Notes: generated by a model not told the origin, from the letters alone. A stretch of 64,000 nt of DNA from Selaginella moellendorffii (GCF_000143415.4 NW_003314391.1:1-64000), one strand, 5' to 3'; shown: positions 38,806-53,520, numbered from the stretch's first letter. Translations and numbers: made by a program.

Positions 38806-40976
38806 GTACCTTCCCACAAGCGATGATCGATGCTCTCTCCTCGTGCTCACGCGCCCTAAAAGAGAATTGAAATTTTTTATGATCCCAAAAGTCACGGCTC
38901 TCCATTGTTTAATCACAGCCGTTAGATTTTGGCATATGCCCAGAATAAGTGTTGCCAGTATATGCTATTATTATACTGGCTCTTTCGTTTAAATATATGA
39001 GTACTAGCAAAGATCCCAGCTCCGCTGGGAGATATAACATACTCAAGATAAATAGATCTTCTCTTCTAATTTTACAATGTTAAGAATTTTTTGTATACAA
39101 GGTTAAATTTATCTAAACTTTGCTACTATTCATCTCCAGATAATGCACAATAATGCAATGAATGCAATTGGATAATAATGTATGTGTTAGGGAAGATAAG
39201 CTCAATTTTTTTATCATCATGAAATTCAAATTTGAATTTGTTTTTATTGCCTTTATAAAAAGTACACAACCCTAAACACATCTACAAGATTGCTGCCAAG
39301 ATTTAAAAACAATTGATTTTTCACAAAATCAAAGAATTATAGACTACCAAAGAATAATAGGTTTTTGTCACTAGTTTGGTGAAGCTATAAATTTAATTGT
39401 GTACTGAGTTAACTTCTTTATTATCTGAACTGTAATGATGCTTTAAACATTCATTGTTTACTAAATAATAATAGAATTTCTATTACGTTTCTCATTTTTC
39501 ATTTAAAAACATACATACATAAATTTATCCAGATTGAAGAAATGTATAATACTTCCTTGCAACACAAGAGCTAGTAAGATAATGTAATTTCTCTTAAAAC
39601 CTTTGGATTATGCAATACTTAAAAAAAAATTGGAACTATAGTTATATGGTGAGTGAGAACCACCAAATTCTTCATCCATTTTATATACATCAAAGAAAAA
39701 CTGTCCTTTACTGGCTATTACTTGTTCCAAAAGTTTTATTTTAGTTTTGTCTCTATAAAGGATCTAAAGTAAGCTGTTGGTGGTTTTTTTTTACATTTTT
39801 CCTTGTGTATTCAAAGGTTTTACTCTTATATAATAGATAAATAATCTTCAAGGCTCCTTGTGCCAATGCAGAAATAATATTGTGCAATGACAAATCATAG
39901 AAGATGAGGAAAGATACAGTAAAATATCAAACCTTTAGTTTTACCATTCACCTAGAGATATAAAAACCTATTTCAAGAAAATCTCACATAAGAGAACCTT
40001 ATAGATCATATTAAACAAATTTTATCATTCATTTCATGAATAAATAGATTTTTGAAAACATAAACAAAAATAAAAATAAGAAATTAGATATAACATATTA
40101 CAATATTCATAAATAAAATCATAATATTTTATATATTAATAAATACAATAAAATATAATTATCAACATATAATCTATATATAAAACTATTTCAGTAAGGA
40201 AATTATAAAAGAAGACATATAATACACATTTTTTTAGCTGGGAGTTATATTTATTTTAAGATGGATCTTGTAAACACTAATCTTGAAGACAAAAAATGAT
40301 TTGAAAAATTATTCTTACTTGGAAAAATGATAATATTTTGAGTTATCCTCATGAATTTCTTGTTTCTCAGATATATATATCACGAAATATTTCTTCAAAT
40401 ATTAATACTAATATGGTTTTCAAAGAGTAGCAATATCTTTATATTTTCTTTCTTGCATCAAATACCAAATCCATTATCTGTTTTTAACTAATAACCTTCT
40501 ACAAGCTTAATATTAAATTCTTATATTTTAATATTCAAATTCACTACCTGAGATTTGCATTATTATTAAACCCCTGAGTATATTTATCCTAATTGCTATC
40601 ACATTTTAGTTGAACTTCACAGCAATAGAGAATGGTTCATGGTATCTAATAGGTATAAGTTAGCTCATATATATACAAATTTCAAATCCATTTGTTAATA
40701 ATATCTCAAAAAGATACCTCTTCTATATTTTCTATTAGTCTTTTTGCTCATAACTTTATTTAATCTGCCAGCAGCTTTAAATAAGTTACTTGAGAGCTGT
40801 TACCTAAGCATGATTAAAATATCCAGTTAGTTCAAAATGGTAAATTAAGTTTTTAAAAAATAGAGAAGGTGATGGTTTCCAAGTACAGCACAATTATTTT
40901 GTTAAACATTTATATACAAATGGTTATTTGATGCAATTACTTGTATTTTAACTTGGCTATTTAATTTTAATGGCAG

Positions 40977-41150
40977 GGATCACCTGGCAAGGATTGGTTT
41001 GGCACACAATCTGTTCTACGCATGAGCTTTGGGAGTTTGGCGCTGCTTATGTTTGGAGTTAAGTACCAAAGAAATCATAGGGACTCTTGGTATCGTGGCA
41101 ACTGAATGATCAAGCTTATCATCTGGTCTGGTTTCACTGTGCCTTGACAT
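40977..41150 (+). pseudogene. Serine incorporator (SERINC/TDE) fragment
   Basis: SPGKDWFGTQSVLRMSFG..LLMFGVKYQRNHRDSWYRGN*MIKLIIW resembles plant SERINC (P.REWF...VLRVSLG...GVK.QKD.RD.LHHGGWM.K). Confidence 0.65.
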
Positions 41151-42339
41151 TGTGGATGCTGACGGTATATCTAGTGCTTTTGTCTTGGATTTACAACCAT
41201 AGTTTCTTTGTTCTTCTGGTAGGAAGACTGTTGACATACAACTGGAATGCTGCATGGATTGCCACATCTTCTTGGCCATGGTGTACAAACAACTATGTCA
41301 TTATTCTGTGTACCATCCTTCTGATTCGGCAGAAAATCAAGTCAGCGGGCATACACTTGATCTTTGGCTTCTTATACTACCTTTCTTAGGATCTGACAGG
41401 GACCGATGNNNNNNNNNNNNNNNNNNNNNNNNNNNNNNNNNNNNNNNNNNNNNNNNNNNNNNNNNNNNNNNNNNNNNNNNNNNNNNNNNNNNNNNNNNNN
41501 NNNNNNNNNNNNNNNNNNNNNNNNNNNNNNNNNNNNNNNNNNNNNNNNNNNNNNNNNNNNNNNNNNNNNNNNNNNNNNNNNNNNNNNNNNNNNNNNNNNN
41601 NNNNNNNNNNNNNNNNNNNNNNNNNNNNNNNNNNNNNNNNNNNNNNNNNNNNNNNNNNNNNNNNNNNNNNNNNNNNNNNNNNNNNNNNNNNNNNNNNNNN
41701 NNNNNNNNNNNNNNNNNNNNNNNNNNNNNNNNNNNNNNNNNNNNNNNNNNNNNNNNNNNNNNNNNNNNNNNNNNNNNNNNNNNNNNNNNNNNNNNNNNNN
41801 NNNNNNNNNNNNNNNNNNNNNNNNNNNNNNNNNNNNNNNNNNNNNNNNNNNNNNNNNNNNNNNNNNNNNNNNNNNNNNNNNNNNNNNNNNNNNNNNNNNN
41901 NNNNNNNNNNNNNNNNNNNNNNNNNNNNNNNNNNNNNNNNNNNNNNNNNNNNNNNNNNNNNNNNNNNNNNNNNNNNNNNNNNNNNNNNNNNNNNNNNNNN
42001 NNNNNNNCCTACACCGCATGAAACGCCTTCATGCCACTCCATGTCTGGAAAAAAGCCGTCAGTATCATGCTAACGCCACTACCCTGGCCCATCAGTGCAT
42101 AATGTAGAGATGTCTTTCCAACACCCTGTCGTGCCGCCTGATTAATAACATAAGTGAAAAAACTACGTGATTTAGCTATGCAACGGTAAACACCAGGCAT
42201 ATATAACTCAGAATTGTAGACCATTTTTTGCTGCACTACATACACTGTCACCAAAACTTTCCACAGCCAAGTCAAAGTGCGAGTCAGAGCAAGATTGCAA
42301 AATACAACATGTCAAGGCTAATCAATCCTCAGTTATATT

Positions 42340-42945
42340 ACCTGGTAGAGTTTCCTCCAAGGATCCCCTTGCAAATGAAGCGGTCCCTGGGATCCACAAC
42401 GCCCTTTATTGCGTTCATGCTGGGCTGTCAATGGCTCCATAGACAGTAGCTCGAAGCCACATGATGTGTGCATGCCAGAAGAGAGTTCACATATGTGAAT
42501 CCATGGTGAAGTTGTAGAGGAACTATTAGCCTCGCTTGAGAGGACATAGCCGGGCTATCGAACCAGGGATTCCTAAATTGCCAGATTCCATACTTGTGAA
42601 AAGAGCATTAGATCACAGAATGTTTTGGAAATTTTGAGACCACTCATCACCAATGGATTGACATCTTGCCAGTGTTCGTTTCTGTGATGAGAAGCCTATC
42701 ACCAACGTTGGCATAGATCGTTGGTCCTGGGAGCTTGCCATTGACAGTAATAATGTTCTTTGTTCTTCCCAGCCGCCTCACCATCAAGCTTACAACCTGG
42801 GTGGTGGCAATTCGATGAGCTTTTGATGCATATTTAAGCAAACTGACCTGGAAGTCATAGACTCTGGTTGTTTCATTCTGAGCAGCCACCAGATCATAGC
42901 TCCAGGAAGTGAGGAAAGAGAAGACCACAACTGCAAGGCACTCTA
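42340..42945 (-). pseudogene. Laccase (multicopper oxidase) N-terminal fragment
   Basis: Signal peptide, TTRVYDFQ, KNIITVNGKLPGPTIYANVGDRL, SIHW|.GIWQFRNPWFDSPA; later degenerate. Confidence 0.8.
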
Positions 42946-44369
42946 GGAATTAGCTAATGCTTGGAAGAGTTTGCATAGCTCTGTTCTTCCACTGTCTCCC
43001 TTACCAGGACTTGTTCACACGGTGCACTTGAGATCACGCTTGCTTGAATGTCCAATCTACACCGAGTAAGTGTGAGAAGGCTGATATATATAGAGAGCAA
43101 TATGCGAGCACAAGTTTGTGAGCACGGCAGGATGTGACTTTTTCTTTGGAGTAGACATCCACCACTGTCAAGCATTTAAAATTGTAATAAGTCATTGCCA
43201 ACTTTANNNNNNNNNNNNNNNNNNNNNNNNNNNNNNNNNNNNNNNNNNNNNNNNNNNNNNNNNNNNNNNNNNNNNNNNNNNNNNNNNNNNNNNNNNNNNN
43301 NNNNNNCCTCGCCCAAGTTGCCGTGATGAACTTGCACAGAAGGGCTCTATTCTATTTCTGAGATTTACTTTTGAAACTGTTTTACAATTTTGCAATAGTT
43401 ATGAGAATCATGGGTAGTGGTTTGATCATGTCCTCAGCAGATACAACATGAAAGCTTCTTGCCTGAGCCGCGTGTATAGTGGTGATGCTTTTTTCTTTCA
43501 TGGAAACGAGGAAAGCAAAAGAGTGAAATAGGTTGTCTTTATTTTCAACATGAAAGCTTCTTGCCTGAGCCATGTGTATAGTGGTGATGCTTCTCGCTTT
43601 CATGGAAACGAGGAAAGCAAAAAGAATAAAATAGGTTGTCTTTATTTTCAAATTTTGCCTGCCAGTTCGAACATTCAGATGCGACAGAAAAGATAATGTA
43701 GGAGAATAAACGTACATCAGAAATAGGAAATCGAATAGCCTGAAATGAAATTCGTTTTGTGTGAAGTCATTATACCTTTCCTCATCAGAGGTTGAGTTTG
43801 TCTACGTTTACGAATTATTTTATATCAGTCTTCTAAAATCTTCCAATGCTGTCTGGAAATGGATTCTTGTTCAGGATTTGTGAGAGGTTTTTGAAGCTTG
43901 GCAAATAAATTATCTGTCAATTCAGGCACATACCTTTCCTCTTCTTGCCTTTCTAGCCAGCGCTGTGCCATCTGCCGCTGCAAGAGTTTTAGAAACCAGG
44001 CAGCGATGAGAGAATATGTGGTTCAAAAGCACCTAATTCTTTGATGTGAAATTACCAAGTCGTTTGGTGATGTGTATACTCTCTCAGAAAAATTGTGGCA
44101 ATCCTTTGGGTGAAGAACTAATTCCAAGCTTTGAGCCCTTTTGCAGTGTGTCGTCATGTCGTAAAGGATGAAATAAAAAGTGATGTCAGGCTACCACAGG
44201 CGGCACCAATTCGCGTGGTCTTGTAGAACAGCTTTTCATACTCGTCCTCTTTGGAGGTTAAAATAGGTTCATATTGCAAGGGAACATACAAGAGTAAGTG
44301 CGAAAGGAAATGAAACAAAAAAAACAAAAAAAAAAATTCAAGCATACCTGGCCTGGAGTTAATGTCTTA

Positions 44370-44513
<144 letters not shown>

Positions 44514-44983
44514 TTACAAGAGTAAGAAGAAGAGATAGGAAAAGAGAAAGAAACACAAACCTTCGTGAAAGATGCAGCTTCTTCAGGAATTTCTTTGAAC
44601 ATGCCTTTTCTTTGGCGCGTGCGCACACACACACAACACAGAGAGAGAGAGAGAGAGAGAGAGAGCTCACAATCTGCTCGATCGCCCTAAAAGATTTCAC
44701 TTGATTTGGAGCGTCATCAAAATCAAAATTGAAGAGTTGCCACCCCTTTGGCACTTGATCTATGCCATCTATTTGAAGTTTTTGAATTTGAACCGTTAGA
44801 TTATAAGTATATTCAGAAATAATATTCTAAAAATGGANNNNNNNNNNNNNNNNNNNNNNNNNNNNNNNNNNNNNNNNNNNNNNNNNNNNNNNNNNNNNNN
44901 NNNNNNNNNNNNNNNNNNNNNNNNNNNNNNNNNNNNNAGACGCCGGATGCCATATGCCAATAGCACGTTTAAATAAGGGAGTA

Positions 44984-47900
44984 TGATATAATAAGATTAA
45001 TCTTGTGTTATAAATTATAAATATGTTAATTAATTATAAACTTCCATTTGATCAATTGGATAATAAATAGAATAACACAACTATTAACTTAAGCAAACAA
45101 AGCATTTCTATGCGATGACTAGTATGTTTATTTGTATAAGATTATTATTGCAATTTAAATGACTTGTATTATAACAAGTTTTTATGCTTAAGAAAATATA
45201 GATAATATTTATCTCACATGTTTTCATTGAAACAAAAGTTGTTGTTATTTTCAAATATTATATAAGTTATTAGTGTCAGGAGCATGTCATTGAAAGAAGG
45301 GAAAAAAATAAACTACCAATAAAATATTAAAGAAAAAAAAATATTTGTGCTAAATGGATCAGTCCAACCTCAAACTAATCCAAAAACCTAATTTAAATTT
45401 AGAATCAATATATGATAACAGTTCTTGAGTTCAAATCCCATCAACAAATGTTTAAATTAAAAACACACTTCATACTAAGCACTAAGAAGCAATTTAAGTG
45501 GTGTAAGACTTAGTTTGCATAGATATTGCTAATAAAAATCTATAATCAACTCAAAAAAATAAAAGTGAGAATTAGACTCCTTTAGCACATATGAATTTGG
45601 AGTCAAAGTACAATCCTATTGCATTACGAAATAAAGATTAAATATACACTCAAAATCCCCTCCTTGTATTAGATAGTATTTGCTAAGATTATTCCCTATA
45701 TTACTAAATGCACCACATGTGGTTTTGACTTTATACTTTATAATAAATCATCATAATTATCATAAGATAACCAAGGTGCAAAGCCTAACTCTTCAATATA
45801 TGTGCCAAAAGTAATAAAGTGAGATCCGAGTTTCAAGGTTAACTAACTCTCAACATACAACCAATGAGCGAAGTAATAAGAGTACAGAATAACAGAGGAT
45901 CAATATTAGAGTTAAACACCAAAAACAATATGGCCAAAAGTGGCATTTGACATTATTTTATAAATACTCCATATGGCAAGTCAAACTCAAAACAAAGATA
46001 AACATGCCACTTAACTGAAGAGAAGATCGTGGTTTTCCCATCTTGCTTCCCAAGTATGTTGAAGAGGTTTCCACTCTCATAATCCTTGATGACATTGAAC
46101 CAAGGGTGGTACACCAGATTGCAATCTTTTTTCAAGTTTTCTTTGCAATTTCCTCAAAGTCCTGCAGTAAAAAGGAATTTAGTACAAGAGATCTCCTGTT
46201 ATCATGATTGGACTAACCTGAAAAGAAATCCCCTTCTTTGCTTTTCCAGTGCCAAGCTTCCTTGGACAATCCAACTTCTTCCAATGGAAACAAGTGTGTT
46301 CAAGCATCTCCCAGATGTAAGACTTGAACCACTCCTTTTTGTTGGCGTTTGCTGTAGACAATATTGTGATGACCTTCTCAAAAGAAGTCGATGTGGAACT
46401 AAAACTTGTCCTTGATACTCTATGGCATGTTGGGAGGCGTAAGTGTTGCCTGGAGACTATGAGAAACTTCACATTGGAGTGCCCCAAGTACTCATCTTTG
46501 AAACGAGTGAGTAATGTGGATTGCATTGCCCCCCCCCCCCTCCCCCCCCCTTTTTTTTATATGGTATTACAACACCAATGTCCGGGACTTGTGGATTCTT
46601 GAGCACGGACTGCATCAACTGTTGAACCCAATCTTCATTCACCTTCCTGTGGTTGAACGTGTTGAATATGACACAATGGGAAACCTTTATAGCCACAAGA
46701 GGTGTCTCGATGTATCAATCCTTCAAGTCTTCCAATAGCTCACCAGCAACTTCAACTATCCTCTCATCTATAACCCACCCCCATCAGATGGCGCTATCTA
46801 GCGGCCCACAAAGTTCACCTTTAAACTCAACTGGACATGTGTTAAATTCTTGTCTAACTGAAGACCCAAGCTGTGAGGCTCTCCCATTGGCTGAGAGCAA
46901 CATCCACAAAAATTTTCCAACAACCATGTCTCCTCAATGCCTAAGATTCGATGAAGCTATGCCTTATATATTGTTAACACGTTATTTTTCTAAAACTAAA
47001 AACTTCTAATAAGGACATCTCACAGAGATCTCGGAGTAAAGATTGATGCCGTCTCTTCGAATTCCAGGCATGTCTCTGATTTTAAGATTGACGTAGAGAT
47101 CCCCGGATGGACCACTAAGAGAGGGTACAGTCAATATATAGAACAAGCACAAGATTTAAGCTCACCCTCTTTCTCCAGCATCTCCTCCACTAGCAACACG
47201 GAGAGTGCTCCCGCTATCAACTCCACATGGAACACTTAGTTTGATTGTTTTTTTTGGTCGAATACCTCCTTTGCCTCCACATTTTCTGCAGTGATCGGAA
47301 ATCACTTCACCCTCGCCACCACAGTTTGTACAAGTAGACACCTGAGAGAAAGAAAAACAATGTGAGCCAACAAAACAAACGTTATCAACGAATTGCTAAC
47401 CTGTGAGAACATCCCAAAGGCTGTTTCTTGTGTTCACATCAATCCAAAAACCTAACTTTTAGAATCAATATGCTTATGCATATTCATGAGTTCAAATCCT
47501 ATCAATAAATGTTTAAATTAAAAACACACTGATGACAAATATATGACATCATCCCCCTTTTAATACTATGCACTAACAGGTAACTTAAGTGGTGTAAGAC
47601 TTAGTTTGCATAGATATTGCTAATGGAAATTTATAATCAACTCAAAAACATAAAAATGAGAAGTAGATTCCTATAGCACATATGAATTTGGAGTTGAAGT
47701 ACAATCCTATTGCACTACAAAATAAAGATCCAATATGCACTCAAAATCCCCTCCCCGTATTAGATAGTATCTGTTGAGACTATTCCTATAATAGTAAATG
47801 TAGCATATGTGGTTTTGACTTTATACTTTATAATAAATTATCATAAGATAACCAAGGTGTGAGACCTAACTCTTCAATATATGTGCCAAAAGCAATAAAG

Positions 47901-50410
47901 TGGGATCTAAGTTTCAAGGTTAACTAACTCTCAATATACAACCGATGAGTAAAGTAATAAGAGTTTTATATCAAGTTTTAAAGGCTGTTTTTTCCACATC
48001 TTGATCTGCCATCCGTATTTAATAATACCTAGACTGCAAATCAAGCTGCTTAAAATACTTAGTCTTTAAGAGTTAGTCAAACAAGTTATCAATGTGAGGC
48101 AAAGGATAATTGTTTCTAATTGTGATCTTGTTAAAAGCTCAATAATCAATACACATCCTCATGGTATTATCCTTTTTCATAAAAAAAGGACCAATGCTCC
48201 ATAAAGTGACTTGCTTAGTCAAATATGACTTTTGTCAAGAAGTTCCGTGAGTTGCTTCTTGAGTTTAGCCATCTTTTTGATGTTTAAATGATATGGAGAC
48301 TTCTTAGGTGGTTTAGAACTCGAAATAATTTCAATCCAATGATCAACCTCACGACTAGAAGGTAACCTTGGCAGCAAATCCTTCAAAAAGATATCCTAAT
48401 TCAATGCTAACAACTCTAATATTTCCTTTGGTATAGGATCAACCCTATCACTAATTCGAACCGAGTCACTATCACCCTCAGCTTCTATCACTTGAACCCA
48501 AAAGGTCTAACATCCCTTCTTAATTGTTTTTTTAGTGGCTTTTATAGTCAGGAACTTAGCATCCTAATCCTTTGAAGAGTGCTTTTACAATTGAAAGGAC
48601 ACATCAAAACTTTCTTTTGACCTCAACGTGATATGACTTTGTCCAACACCATAAATCCCTTTNNNNNNNNNNNNNNNNNNNNNNNNNNNNNNNNNNNNNN
48701 NNNNNNNNNNNNNNNNNNNNNNNNNNNNNNNNNNNNNNNNNNNNNNNNNNNNNNNNNNNNNNNNNNNNNNNNNNNNNNNNNNNNNNNNNNNNNNNNNNNN
48801 NNNNNNNNNNNNNNNNNNNNNNNNNNNNNNNNNNNNNNNNNNNAACAACTTTATTAAGTTTTTGGATATCACATTGTGCATAGCTCTTGTGTCAATTATC
48901 ACTTAGATTCAGTGTTTGTAGACAAAGCCTACCAAATACATTAATAGGTCAATGCTTGCATTGACTGTGAGAAAAACTTGAGGAAAGTAATGAAAGTAAC
49001 TCAACTCCTCTTATTCATAATCTACATTGGCCAACTCATCAATCCTTTTAGCTTCACCACCATTGTCTTCCCTCATAACATTAACACAAGACCTTATTTT
49101 ATGATTGTTGGGACATTCTAATAACCTATGTTCTGTCTCTCCACAATAGAAATAATGACCCACACTATCCATTCCACTAGGAGTAGGTTTCATAAGTTGT
49201 TGCTACTTGTACCCATTAGGAAGAGGAACAGAGGGTTTAAGACTAGAAAAAGTTACTAGTGGTCGCCAACCACCACCTTTGTTAACTATCGCTTGTGAGC
49301 CTCTAGGGTAGAGTTTTCTTTCCACCCTCTATTTCTCACCTTATTTATTCCTGGATATTTTTATTTATTTTTGTCCGAGATACCAGCATATGGCTGCTGA
49401 TACTATTCCATGAGCAAGTGACTGAAGGCAATTTATTGTGCTACCTCTTTACACTTTTGGTACGTCTTCAGATTAAACTTCAAAATCCCATTGCGAAAAA
49501 GTGAACTCAAACTTTTTAGGAAATAACTTTGAGCATCTTCGTCACTCATATTTGCAATCATAATGTTGTGAGACATAAAATCCTTAGGCCCCAAAGAGGA
49601 GTTGAAAGGGTGTAATGTGGTAGTGGCTGAGGCGGAAACCAAATGAGTGTAACACATATGGACTAAAAGCTCTGACTCGAAAAGTCGAGAGCGGGAGTGG
49701 AACTCCCAATGAAGGGCTTGAAGAACAAGCACGAAGTGAGCAATAAATGAGTCTCTAAGAAAAAGACACAAAAGGACCAACACATGATATGTAGAAGGAT
49801 CTGAGATGGACCCAAGATGGAGTCCGAGATGGACCTGAGATGGAGTCCAAGATGGACCCAAGATGGAGTCCAAGATGGACCCAAGATGGAGCCCGAGATG
49901 GAGTCCGAGATGGAGACTAAGATGGACCCGAGATGGAGTCCAAGATAGAGTCCGAGATAGAGTTTGAGATGGATCTGAGATGGAGTCCGAAATGGAGTCC
50001 AAGAAACCAAGACCGAGATTGAGTCCCATGGTCACATGGTGAGGAAGTCCCAAAGGACAGTGGGACTTACTGGTCAGGCCGGTGGGCCTTGACCAGTGGC
50101 AATGTTGGTAAACATGGCCATGGATAGAAAAGGACTTGGTGCGGATTGGAAAAGGGATATTAGGGAAAGATGTTCCCTATGTCTACAGGCATCCTAAGGA
50201 TGCTAAAGAGTGGATCTGAGATGATCACTCATGGACGGATGGCCCAATCTTTGAGAGACAAGACTGTGATGCAGGTGGTGTTGGACCACCGGTGTCACCA
50301 AGGTGAATGGGCATGGCCTTAGCATAACGGGCTAATATGTCGGTGGTATGTTGGGGTGTCGGTCATGGGATTGGACACGTGGAGCACTTGGACCAAATGC
50401 AAAAGTTGAG
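44984..50410 (+). repeat. Segment duplicated (near-identical) at 58508-64000
   Basis: Colinear sequence with near-identical ORF translations in both copies. Confidence 0.92.
45953..46740 (-). pseudogene. Decayed homolog of the ParB-like transposon gene
   Basis: FNHRKVNEDWVQQLMQSVLKNPQVPDIGVVIPY, KFLIVSRQH, WFKSYIWEML..WKKL and WFNVIKDYESGNL align with 20993-23452. Same phase-0 intron (46162-46217). Confidence 0.8.
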
Positions 50411-51412
50411 AAACTAAAAACTATGCACAAAAATAACTTTTGTCTGCCATTCTTGGGGCTAGGAAGCCCCAAGTCCGAAATAGGACTTATGGAGGTTGTG
50501 AGTGAAATTCCTCCAAGTGGTTGAAAGTGTGGTTAAGTGATTAAAGTAGAATAGAAAATTTAGTCGCTTACAAATGCATTTCTGAGCAAGCACATTAACA
50601 TAATGCATAAGGTCTCCATGCTACTTTAACTGCCACAGCTCTGCGCAAAGTCTCAAACCAAGATCATCCGACAAGTATTCTTTATAGATACGAGACTGCA
50701 TCTTAATTCAACTTCTAGTCTACCCTCTTTCAGCACATACTTGGCCACCAAGTTTTGGCATGATTAGTGAGAAAAGACTGTTCACATGCAATTTTCATAC
50801 AATCATCTACGTCTGCCAATATGAAATAATTTTCCATATCATAGACCCAGTCTTCCAAAACTTAATAGTCCCGTATGCCTCTGAAATTGGGTGGTTTTAG
50901 AGGCTTGAACTTTGAAACTTGTGCAACTGGGGGCAATTGCAAAACTTCATCATCCTCAGAATTTGAAGAAGAGTCTGGTTGCTTAGGTTTAGTTGGTTTA
51001 GCTGCCTCAGCATCGTTCTTCCTTTTGTTGTTCTCCTTCTTCAATTTGTGAACTTTCTCTCACAAATTTTCAATCTCAATATCTTGAGTCATATGTTGCA
51101 GTGAGGCTCTTCCGCTTCAGACTCAACCTTAGCCTCTTCCACAACATCTCTAGTAGGAGTTTCCGCCTCTCAATTCCCTTGTCTAGAAGTTTCAACGTCA
51201 TCAGTACGGTTCCTTTTCACCATCTTGCTAATTGGATGCATGCCTCTATCAATAACTGAACATGCATATAACATTTTTACCGAATGGTGTAATCCAATTA
51301 ATCCTACACATGTCACTTCAAATCTACTAAAAAAGTCTTTGCATATGCAACTTGAGTCAAAAATTCTAACAAAAGTTCGACAGGAATCGCTAAAATAATT
51401 GCTTTGATACCA
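47965..51412 (-). mobile_element. Highly degenerate gypsy element (gag-PR-RT remnant)
   Basis: PBS rc TGGTATCAAAGC at 51401-51412; KFKPLKPPNFRGIRDY; degenerate knuckle YCGETEHRLLECP; IIDTRA; RT start. Confidence 0.75.
49567..50572 (+). mobile_element. Solo LTR (second family) inserted in decayed gag
   Basis: TGTGAGAC...GCTTACA with near-TSD AATGT/AATGC; second copy starts ~63161. Confidence 0.8.
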
Positions 51413-52380
51413 AACGTAATGCACTTGAATTTGGAGCTAAACTCCAAGTCTGCTGCGTTATGAAATGAGGGTCCCATACACTCTTAATCTTACAAGCACC
51501 AACTCCTTGTATCTAACACTTACATGCAAAACAGTGTCAGATGGTGTCTGGCACGATTTTGACATACTAGTGGCCTAACGCGAGGAAAAGGGTACCCCAC
51601 CGACTAGAACAACATGGAACTTATTAGGATTTTGAAATCACAATCAAAACGGTATAAAGTTTGGATTAAATGAAACCAAGTCTAATAATGAGTCTTAGAA
51701 CAACTTTAAGATTGAGTCCAAAACCAAATCTAAAACCATTCATCCCTTAAAGCTCTAACCTTCATTTTATCCTTGGCAATACAAAATGGGTAATGCAATT
51801 GTGTGAATTTTATTGGAGATAGAAGCCCAAGCCCTTCTAATAGACATGATGTATACACTTGTGACCACTACATGAACCATTACCCAAAGGGCAACAGTGA
51901 GTCACAGGCTGAAAGCACAAGAGACTAAGTGGGTGACTCTAGGCACATTAAAGGTGGAGACAACAAAAAACATCCACTATGGAGACAATCATTTATGCAG
52001 CTTATTTAAATCCCTTGGGCTTCTTGGGGGTTGCCATAAGGCCATGTAAACAGAATATGAATGAATGCTACTTTCCAGTACTGACTAGCACATAAATTGT
52101 TAAGCAGAGCAAAACCATACTAAAGTACATTCTCCCACTAGGATGAGATTAAACACAGCATAAATTTAATGGTGCTTGAACATGATAATCATGACTGTAC
52201 AGTCCTCTTGTCTTCTATATGGATTTGGGAAGACATGGACTACATTGGCAATCTTCTTCAAAATGGCATTTCTAAATCTTTTGATTTCATGTTTCATGGT
52301 GGGCATATATAAATGAATGAATGATTCAACATCAAAATTTAAAAACAATTTCATTGTGTTACGTTGACAGCCAAGAGTGG

Positions 52381-53520
52381 CTACTTGTGAAACTCCAGGA
52401 TTGCTAGTCCATTGGAGACGTTGACAAGATGCACTTTGTTGAAACCAGCTTGTTCGGCGAGCGCCTGGTACTCTTCAAAGGTCCGCTCCTTGCCGTTGAA
52501 ATTAACCATCATGACAAGATCTAGGAGCAGTCCGATTCGCAACTCAAACTCACTGGCAGCTTGATAAGCTTCAGAAGGTAGTAAAACTTCCACGACAATG
52601 ACTTTCCCTCCCTGAGCAGGAAGGGATTTGTAGCAGTTTTGCAGGATCTTCAGGCACTGTTCGTCGTTCCAGTTGTGGAGAATCCACTAGAAAGGAATGA
52701 AACACCAGATTGGCAAGGAGAATTTGACTCTGGATCCTTTACCTTCAACATGATTGAATCTCCTTGGGGAATTGATCCGAACATGTCGCCACCAGCATGC
52801 TCCACTCCTGGAAGAAGTAAACAAAGAGTGCTTGAATGATCGAGCATGAAAAATCTGTGAGAGGATACCTTCAGATGCAATTCCCTGAGAAACAACATGG
52901 GGCTGATCGAAATTTATGCCTTTGATATGCGGATAGCGAGTTCGAATGTCACACAGCAATGCTCCATTGCCGCCACCAACATCGACCAGAGTTTTGATGC
53001 TTGCAAATCCCTTGTAGCAATCCAGCAGCACAGCACTGGACCTCTTGGAATGATCGGCCATGCAGAGGTTGAAGCTGTTGTTGAATTCCGGCTCCTCAGC
53101 CACAAGCTCGTATGCGGTTTTGCCGTGGGCTTTGCGGAATGGCTCGCCACCATCAAGAATGCCTTCGGCAAGATGCTCGAAAGGCTTGAGGAAGATCCGG
53201 TGATTGCACATGACACTCAAACCACGCGCTGCCAATTTCGTTCCTGGAGAAAAACGCTTGCCTATCTCGGAGAGCCCATACTTGCGCTGCCCCTGCACAA
53301 CGGTCTCGTTCACAACCCCGTAAGTTGCCAGAACTCGGAGAGTTCTGTCCAGAAATGCAACATTCGCAGATGGGTTGTTTGTAATCCGGGAAACAATCTC
53401 AGAAGCAGAGAGGACCGAATCTGCTATCTCGTCGAAGGCTCCCAGCTTCACCACCGCATTGAGAGCGAGGGGGATAGTAGCATAGAGGACGAGCTCCTCA
53501 CCAGGAGCAAACGCAGCCAT
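52381..53520 (-). CDS. Class II plant O-methyltransferase (COMT-like), 340 aa; exons 53520-52869, 52807-52743, 52686-52381
   Basis: Dimerisation domain, LVDVGGGNG, GINFDQPHV, GVEHAGGDMF, K|WILHNWNDEQC, GKERT. Spliced length 1023 nt, no stops. Confidence 0.93.

Larger units (their letters stand above)
32789..39003 (-). mobile_element. Non-autonomous Helitron-like unit B with captured gene fragments
   Basis: 3' hairpin TCCCAGCGTAGCTGGGA + CTAG at 32789; 5' end TACTCATATATTTAAAC; subterminal AATCTAACGG. AT-rich body plus several unrelated gene pieces. Confidence 0.7.

Noticed and set aside
41254-42107. Long ORFs spanning N runs (also 43118-43417, 48585-48902, ~60000)
   Set aside because: Artifacts of assembly gaps.
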